A stretch of DNA of 64,000 nt from an uncultured Nitrososphaerales archaeon (GTDB taxonomy: Archaea > Thermoproteota > Nitrososphaeria > Nitrososphaerales > Nitrososphaeraceae). This document shows, one piece after another, positions 56,973 through 64,000 of this stretch (its first letter is position 1; each line of letters starts with the position of its first letter). Position numbers and translations under genes: made by a program. The DNA lies in assembly GCA_963713605.1 (NCBI GenBank), contig CAVQMO010000010.1, forward strand, positions 96,001 to 160,000, given 5' to 3'. The notes below the pieces were generated by a model. That model made no database searches. It saw only the letters and a program-made list of their open reading frames with translations, and was not told the DNA's origin.

Positions 56973-58661
56973 TTGAAGACAAATCAATTCATATCTCATA
57001 GAAAACTAATTAAATATTACAATAGTATGCATAGCATGCCAAAAAACTCAACCCCTCAAAGAGCATTAGTCTTTCAAGGAGGTGGTTCATTGGGAGCATA
57101 TGAAGCAGGTGTATTTCATGTTTTATATCATTGGATTAAGAAAGACCTGCCAGAAAATGAGAATATATTCGATATAATTGCAGGTACTTCAATAGGTGCA
57201 ATTAACGCTTCTATAATTATAAATTATTTTCTAGAACAAAAACCGGAAAGTACTACTTTAAAAGAAGGGGTACCAATTAAAGTCTTAAAATATTGGAAAG
57301 GTTCTCCAGAAAAATTATTACGCTTTTGGAAAGAGATTTCTTCATATTCTATCTTAGATTATTCATTATTATTATTTAAAAATACATGGGATTTTTATAA
57401 AAATACAACTAGTCAAATGTTTCCATACTATAAGGATCTCATAGATTCAATTATTTCTGGCGAGTCATTAAGAAGATATTATTCTACAAAGAAAAGAATA
57501 GTATCTGGGGAACATCATGTCTTTAGTCCACTATTTTTTCCTCCCTTCCCCACACCTTTGTTTAATAAATTCTTTGATTACTCTCCATCAGCGGGGTGGT
57601 ATCAATATAGCAATCAACCGTTAAAGGAATTTATTCTAAATTTTGCACCTAAACTAAAATATGATTATAATTGTAAAGAGGGAGGCATAACAACAGATAT
57701 TGGACTTAATGAACCAAGATTCCTTTTAGTTGCGGCAAATATTGAAAATGCCAAACCAGTAACATTTGATAGTTATGATAAAAGTGGTATCTCCATAGAA
57801 CATGTTCTTGCTAGTGCTGCAATACCTATTAACTATCCATATGTCGAAATTAATGGGAATAAATATTGGGATGGAGGAATATTGAGTAATACTCCAGTGA
57901 GAGAACTTATTAGTAGGCATAATACATTCTGGAAAAAGAATGATTCTGAAGGTACGCTAACTTTCGATAAATGGGATGATTTTTATGAAATACAAAAAGA
58001 AAATAGTATTCCAGATCTTTTGTTATCTATAGTCAATTTGCATCCTGAATCAGAAGAAGGAGATCACATACCAACATTATACGATTATGATATGACAAAA
58101 GATAGAGAAAACGATATACGTTTTCATGACAAAACCGACTATGACATAAAGCTAGCGCAAGATGTGTCTGATTACCATGATTTTGCAAGAGATATGGCAC
58201 AATTAGCAAGTGATGCTATTAAAGTGATTGAAGATAAAAATGATATTGTTGATGGTCTTAAAAAAAGATTCGAAAATATACTAAATACTAAACAAAGAGC
58301 CCTGACAAGAACAACTAAAGAAAGATATTTTTCAGATTTAATATACAAGAGATTTGATATTTGTGATGTCATAAAAATACAGAGAAAAGATGACATTCAT
58401 ACAATTTCAAATAAGATATTCGATTTCTCTTCAAATACTATCTTAAACCTAATAGAAGAAGGAGAAAGAGATGCATTAAGTGAGATTGTAGTACATGAAC
58501 TAGAAAAAATGAAAAAAGAAGGTGTACAAGAGCAAACTGTTAGAAATGACAGAATTAATAACCAATTGAGAAAGTTTATTAAAGATGTAGAAATGGAAAC
58601 TACAGAAGACGATGAATATATTATCCAATGTGCTAAAAACAAACTAATGGAAAAAAAATAA
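56973..58661 (+). CDS. Patatin-like phospholipase (DUF3734-like C-terminus)
   Basis: QGGGSLG, GTSIG, ASAAIP, WDGG, NTP, FDFS; true start may be slightly downstream. Confidence 0.9.
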   Translation: MKTNQFISHRKLIKYYNSMHSMPKNSTPQRALVFQGGGSLGAYEAGVFHVLYHWIKKDLPENENIFDIIAGTSIGAINASIIINYFLEQKPESTTLKEGVPIKVLKYWKGSPEKLLRFWKEISSYSILDYSLLLFKNTWDFYKNTTSQMFPYYKDLIDSIISGESLRRYYSTKKRIVSGEHHVFSPLFFPPFPTPLFNKFFDYSPSAGWYQYSNQPLKEFILNFAPKLKYDYNCKEGGITTDIGLNEPRFLLVAANIENAKPVTFDSYDKSGISIEHVLASAAIPINYPYVEINGNKYWDGGILSNTPVRELISRHNTFWKKNDSEGTLTFDKWDDFYEIQKENSIPDLLLSIVNLHPESEEGDHIPTLYDYDMTKDRENDIRFHDKTDYDIKLAQDVSDYHDFARDMAQLASDAIKVIEDKNDIVDGLKKRFENILNTKQRALTRTTKERYFSDLIYKRFDICDVIKIQRKDDIHTISNKIFDFSSNTILNLIEEGERDALSEIVVHELEKMKKEGVQEQTVRNDRINNQLRKFIKDVEMETTEDDEYIIQCAKNKLMEKK

Positions 58662-58813
58662 TATACATCAAAATATGTTGATTCTGCTATCTGTTGCAAT
58701 AGACAGTATTATACTGACTCTTTGAAAGAAAGTAAATCAGCTGGGAATAGTAATGATGCCCCTCACAGTAGGGTATTGCACTACTTTTATGATCAAATTT
58801 AAATTATTGTGTA

Positions 58814-59010
58814 TTGTGCTCTATAGTGCCCTCTCGAAATATATGTACAAGAATAGGTTCAATTTTTGGATATTATAGTGCAGGAATAAAGTATTGCGGC
58901 AGATGTGAAGTATATCTATTCCATGAGGGATATGCCTGTCTGTGTTGTAAATGCCCTTTACGCACTTCGCCAAATAATAGAAGAGGTAAGGAAAAATTAC
59001 GTACGTTACC
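58814..59010 (+). CDS. Small Cys-rich zinc-finger protein of thaumarchaeal type (boundaries uncertain)
   Basis: YSAGIKYCGRCEVYL..EGYACLCCKCPLRTSP. Confidence 0.5.
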
Positions 59011-59429
59011 ACTCGATGATGCGGTTGGGTTGGATGCCCAAGATAATCAGTATCAATATCCACAAATTGTTTTCATCCCGGACGATCCCGAATTTTGTAG
59101 AATATATAATGGGGGACAACCCAAAGTTGATTGTTCTCCCACCACTGCACGGTTGGTTGAGTTTCGTCATAATTCTGAAAATATCCTAAACACCTTACGT
59201 CAAATACCGGCTCCATGGGGGGCCATTATCTGTTCGCTTTTAGAACCTAGTTCATGTTGTCAGCAATTTATTGCAATTTTTGTCCTTTCTAATTCTAAGA
59301 CCATGTAATACGTTTGAATTGTTGGGACACCCACATCTTATTCATCATCAGAGTCAGAATCAGAATGATTGCATCTTCGGGAACAGGATTAATACCCTAT
59401 ATAGTCATTTACTTATACCACTGCTGCTG

Positions 59430-59822
59430 CTAATTGCCTCTGTTTCTACTTTTGTTACTCTTCCTACTATATTTCTCAAGAAAATGTTCGATGAGTTGAT
59501 GTTGAAGAGTAACGAAGTAATTACGGCGACCAAAACCATTATCATTGTAAACAAGAAGTCTTTTAGACTTAGGCAAATGACACATGGGCCTAAGAATTAA
59601 CTCCATCTCTTTTATCGAAGGCCTAAACCTCAAAAGTTTTCTCAGGTTGTCATCTGTAGACCAATACATGTTGTCGGTGATGCCTTGTTCCTTGCTGCTG
59701 CTAGTTTTGAGTTCTCCGATCGTAAGTCTTAGTCTTTCTCGATATTGTCTTTCTTTCCTTGAAATGGTAGCATCATTTTTATCATCTATATCTTCATCCT
59801 TTTCATGCAGATAGTCATTCAC
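59430..59822 (-). CDS. Hypothetical protein
   Basis: 130 aa ATG-started ORF, charged. Confidence 0.4.
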   Translation of the reverse strand: MNDYLHEKDEDIDDKNDATISRKERQYRERLRLTIGELKTSSSKEQGITDNMYWSTDDNLRKLLRFRPSIKEMELILRPMCHLPKSKRLLVYNDNGFGRRNYFVTLQHQLIEHFLEKYSRKSNKSRNRGN

Positions 59823-59886
59823 TTCTTTAGGCTATAAGGTATGCTTCTCTTATTTAGCAATACGTTTTGTTGCCATCATAGGAAAG

Positions 59887-60298
59887 CTAACCAGTAAGGC
59901 GATCAAATTCTCCCAGTATGAAGACCGCCCCCGGAGTAAGCAATTCCAAGGACTGATTGTAAGATCGTTCACACCTTTCATCTTTTTCCATATTTGCAAT
60001 TACCTCCTTCATATGCTGGCGATCCTTGAAGTGGAGCAATTCCATCCAGACTTCCTCATCCTTATTGGCAGAAATTATACTGGCTATGCTAGCAAACCCT
60101 CCCATTGGTACATCAGTATTGCTGAGTTGAAAAACTTCATGATGTAGGCCACCATTCTCCTTAAACATGTCATTAGCTTCCTCGCAGAGACACAACATAG
60201 AGTCGTGGTTCCTTTTCGGGTACTCGGTAGACAATGTGTTGGACTACGCTGCTACCCCTTTTCTGGATCTCACCTGTATCTGATTTGTTCATGGTCAT
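59887..60298 (-). CDS. DUF1428 (YbaA)-like protein, 5' frameshift
   Basis: IVYRVP/KRNHD, EEVWMELL.FKDRQH, GEF. Confidence 0.7.
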
Positions 60299-60889
60299 AA
60301 CCAGACGAGTTATGGCTTATAAATATACAACGGATCAAAAGTATAGTTGACGCAAATCAAATGTACTGTGAAATCAGTTGTCATTGGAGTATGCTACTCC
60401 ATCACAATCTGAATCATCAATAACGGGACTAGGGTGTATCACACACATCACCTTGCTTTTCGACATCTGCATGTTACTGATCCTCATTCATAATGCTCGA
60501 ACAACAATTCCCCCAGCTAGCTATGAATCATTAGCAACATTCCATATGAATTTCTTGTCACATGCCTGCCAACATCATGTACCACTATGCTTAACCATTG
60601 TAAATGGACGCTATCTCAGGATTCACCAGTACGGAGTATATTTAAATGAATATATGATCGAGTATGTTATCCTAGAAAGTGATCGAAACTGTTCATGTAC
60701 GTGTGTATCGTAGTTGGCCGACTGCCTTGGGCTACAGAATAATGCCTTCTGTTATCCTGCTTCTGTTATCCTCACTGAATTTATCCCTGGTTAAAAATGC
60801 TTTTTGTTTCTGCTGCTACTCTCCATCGGCACGGATCGCAGCTATATGTATATAAGCCACTATTTATTCACACTATAATTAGTGAACAT

Positions 60890-61090
60890 ATGGGTTTATT
60901 CACTGTCCTATTAGTGGTAGTAGTAGTCCTTGCAATCGTCGGTATGGGATGGAAGACATTTTCAATAGGTGTGATCAATGGTTTTGATAGGGCCTTAGAC
61001 GTGGGTACACCTTTGGTTAAGGACTTGACCCAGCAGGCAACTGAGTATATTCAGGATCCTAGTTTAATTGAAACAAACCTTCATAATTAG
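60890..61090 (+). CDS. Small membrane-anchored hypothetical protein
   Basis: MGLFTVLLVVVVVLAIVGMGWKTF..GV..G. Confidence 0.65.
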   Translation: MGLFTVLLVVVVVLAIVGMGWKTFSIGVINGFDRALDVGTPLVKDLTQQATEYIQDPSLIETNLHN

Positions 61091-61252
61091 ATAACAATCG
61101 TTGAATGACTCTTGATTGCTCCGCATGTCTTGAAGAATTGATATTTGAATATCTTTAAGATTTAGGGCACGTAATACAATGGAGACTTGAAGCTATTATT
61201 GCAAGACAGTTTTACCTTTTTTAGTACACTTCAGGGCGATCAAGATTTATTC

Positions 61253-61943
61253 TTAGCTAACGCTTCTAGCAATTGTGTTTAATTCCTCTGGAGCAGTGAT
61301 CATTAAGTCATGCCCTTTCATTAATTTTTGATCCCAATCTGCCGGAGACTTTTGAGTATTAAATTGAGAATCGCCGAATCCACTACAGCAGACGTAACTT
61401 TTGGGTAACCCCTTTGCGAGTGGATTAATTATTCTTATGGGTTGATCGTGAGTGTGACAAGGCATTGGACACAGTCTAGTCCTCATCCGATTAATGTCAA
61501 CACTTTTAGCTACGCCAAACTTTTCTGGTTCGTATTTCGCGATGAATCATTCTTTGCCTTGTTCACTCATAGCTCTTTCCGTGTTGACGGTTTCTAAACC
61601 GATCCAAATCAAATGCACTCTTATTGTCTTGTGGTATATTTTAATCAAGATAACCAAGACGTCTGATTTTCTTAGGAATTATTTCTGCAACTCAACTCCT
61701 CTAATAACCAGCTTACCATAACTATGACGAACTAAGATAAATTCATCAAGGTCCCCATACTCAAGAACCTGGATTATATCGAGGATGTGAGTATACAATC
61801 CAATATATAGTTACCAAATAAACTTCTAGGCCAGCAGGGGTTAGTGTATACACACAAAATATCCGTGATTGTTCATATACGGGTTACTTTCTTCCAACTT
61901 CGTCCTCCATAATACTGATCTGAACAAGTACAAAGGTCTGCAT
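61253..61943 (-). pseudogene. Degraded alpha/beta hydrolase (esterase)
   Basis: Across frames: MQTFVLV, THILDIIQVLEY, RHSYG (for GHSYG), RRLGYLD, GHDLMITAPEEL; stops and shifts present. Confidence 0.7.
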
Positions 61944-62122
61944 TTTCAATGATAACAACTGAGACTATTTGAATATCTTTCGGAGTTTTTTTAAATGACT
62001 TTCATGTATTGCACAATTAATACTGGAAAATGATTGGGAATTGGGACAGCATAATTGCTGATACGTCCAGACTAGAACTACGGTGATAAAACAGTATTCC
62101 TAGCTATCTCATAACTCATGTA

Positions 62123-62593
62123 TCATGTTTGATCTATTGTAATTGTTCCTGTCATTGCAGGATGTATCTGACAGAAATAAGTTAAATCTGTTCCAGCAAG
62201 TGATTCATTGTTGAAGACGTGTGAAAATTTTTCACCTGGTGATAAAGCTTCGGAATCGAATTCATTTGCCACATTTGGATCATCAGGACCTGTACCAGAA
62301 GTTACCGTATGAAATTGAGAATCACCATTAGTCCAAGTCACGTTCTGCCCTAACTTGACATTTGTGGATGCAGGGGAAAATGCCTTATTTCCTAAGGCTG
62401 CTGCACCTTCCGCAATTGTAACTTCAGCTGTATTCATTTTAAGATTCTGTACTTGTGAGTTCAAGCCATTCGAGCTAGTTTCATTGTCTGAATAGCCTTG
62501 TGCCCTAACAATAGGTTCCTTCGTCACACAGATTAGGGACGTTCCAGTGAGCAACACGATTGTCACTAGAACCAAACTACGTGTAATCATCAT
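62123..62593 (-). CDS. Blue (type 1) copper protein, plastocyanin/cupredoxin family
   Basis: Signal peptide; VTWTN.D..FHTVT; YFCQIHPAM ligand loop. Confidence 0.92.
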   Translation of the reverse strand: MMITRSLVLVTIVLLTGTSLICVTKEPIVRAQGYSDNETSSNGLNSQVQNLKMNTAEVTIAEGAAALGNKAFSPASTNVKLGQNVTWTNGDSQFHTVTSGTGPDDPNVANEFDSEALSPGEKFSHVFNNESLAGTDLTYFCQIHPAMTGTITIDQT

Positions 62594-63330
62594 CTTCAGG
62601 TACTATAAACATCGGAGGATATGAACTAAACATAAATTAAAAACTTTACTTTATTAGGACAATAATTGTCATGACTATATTCTAACGTGGAAATCGGTTG
62701 AATTAACTAGTAGTTAAATTCGAGAATAGTAATGCCAAAAGAGGAATACGACTGAAAATATTCTTCCTGTTAGACAATTGGCAATAGATGAGAATAGGAA
62801 GGAGTATAGTAATCTTAAGCGATGTCACGATCGAATTAGAGTCGAACGGAAGCAGTATGATATTGGATTATTGCGTAAGACCAATAAATTCAAACTAGAG
62901 TGTTTTGGTTATTGGATATGAGATACGAGTATGGTTGAAAGTAGCGGAAAAGAGACTAGAGAGGAGAATTTAGGCGGAGAAAATACGGACATTGAAAATA
63001 AGGGTGAATACTTTGAATGGATTTGTATTAGATGTAAGTGGGGAGCAAGAGGCCATGATAAAGGTGCCATCCTGAAAATTAACAGAAGACATAATGAACT
63101 TGGTTGTAGACAGTTTGCCTCTGAAGTAGAGTCAAAAGGTCTAAGGATAGACAATTAAACATCCAGACTATTCTTGACAGATTAACCTACTTCCCAAATA
63201 CAAATTGAGTAAAAGTAAGTCCTCATACTCTTACGACCTTAGAAGACTTAAGATTCGAATTATGTTATCAAATCGAATAGCACTTACATTATTTAAGAGG
63301 CTAAATGATCAAATCGGTAGGACAATTATT

Positions 63331-63877
63331 ATGAAAATTGGTCTAACTCTACGGGGAGTTAACGAACTTATTCAAGCCCTAAAGAGAATTGGACAGACAA
63401 TATAGTCGAACATAAGGGCGAGTATTACAAAATTCCTCCATCAATAATTGGACCCAAGCCAGTTCAGAAACCACGTATACAGATTTATCTAGGTGGTTTT
63501 AGTCCAAATATGTTCAATAGGATTGTAAGATCTGATGCAAATGGCTGGTTAGGTATGGTCTGCTGGACCACTAGAACAACTCGAATGTATAGTGACGACG
63601 ATGAATGATCATGCAATTAAAATATGGCAAGAATCTAGATAGGCTCAACCACATTTTGCTATCATATCCACTAATCCCCGAGAGCTCAAGGGCAGGAGGT
63701 ACGAAAGCCCAAAGATTTCCGATGGCAGGAACGATTGATGAAATTGGAATGAATATATAAAGAATTAAAGAGATTGGAATTAGTCATATTATTTTTGGAT
63801 ATAATTTCACACCTATAGGGGAAGATATAGACAACGTGATTAGTATTACAAAGCGACTTTCAAGGTTTGGTAGATAA
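63331..63877 (+). pseudogene. LLM-class (luciferase-like, probably F420-dependent) oxidoreductase, internally deleted and degraded
   Basis: MKIGLTL is joined directly to NELIQALKRI/WTDNIVEHKGEYYKIP...GPKPVQKP..IYLGG...ANGWLG. Confidence 0.72.
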
Positions 63878-64000
63878 AACGGAAGGGAACTACCCAACTT
63901 GGGCACTATTCATCTTCCATGTGAATACCTTTTCTGGACAAATCATTATGCATAGCTGACCCACACTTATTTTCTGGTATTGGGGATATTTTTCTAACAA

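Noticed and set aside
56973..58661. CBASS-type patatin effector
   Set aside because: No CD-NTase nearby; the protein looks like the stand-alone DUF3734-type patatin.
60746..60772. 13-bp tandem duplication CTTCTGTTATCCT
   Set aside because: Only two copies; consistent with replication slippage and no further structure.

Overview
AT-rich archaeal DNA most consistent with a soil ammonia-oxidising archaeon of the family Nitrososphaeraceae. This is inferred from the gene families: KDEFINxAAHELRTP-type histidine kinases, paralogous PQQ/GSDH dehydrogenases, a DUF3734-type patatin, cupredoxins, F420-type oxidoreductases and a YHS-CopA. No rRNA, tRNA, CRISPR array, integrase or transposase was recognised. 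The window is accessory DNA with many frameshifted, truncated or internally deleted genes; some are probably long-read indel errors and some are real pseudogenes. Main blocks: secreted proteins (0.4-5 kb); a probable decayed provirus/plasmid region (5.3-13.3 kb) with terminase-like C-terminal remnants, a bacterial-type zinc ribbon-adenylate cyclase-STAND-TPR gene plus an alpha/beta hydrolase, and an RHH-led mini-operon; a redox/detox cluster with GC-rich genes and an HxlR regulator (15-28 kb); a copper/electron-transfer cluster (29-35.5 kb); pncB, ltrA, sensor kinases, an XPB-like helicase and a patatin. The most unusual signal is a family of non-coding hairpin units with conserved stems (GRTAG...CTAYC) and variable loops. 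They form an array at 39.8-40.4 kb, with related copies at 11.5-11.9 kb and 50.3-50.5 kb. All alignments were done by eye and family assignments come from motif recognition, not database searches.
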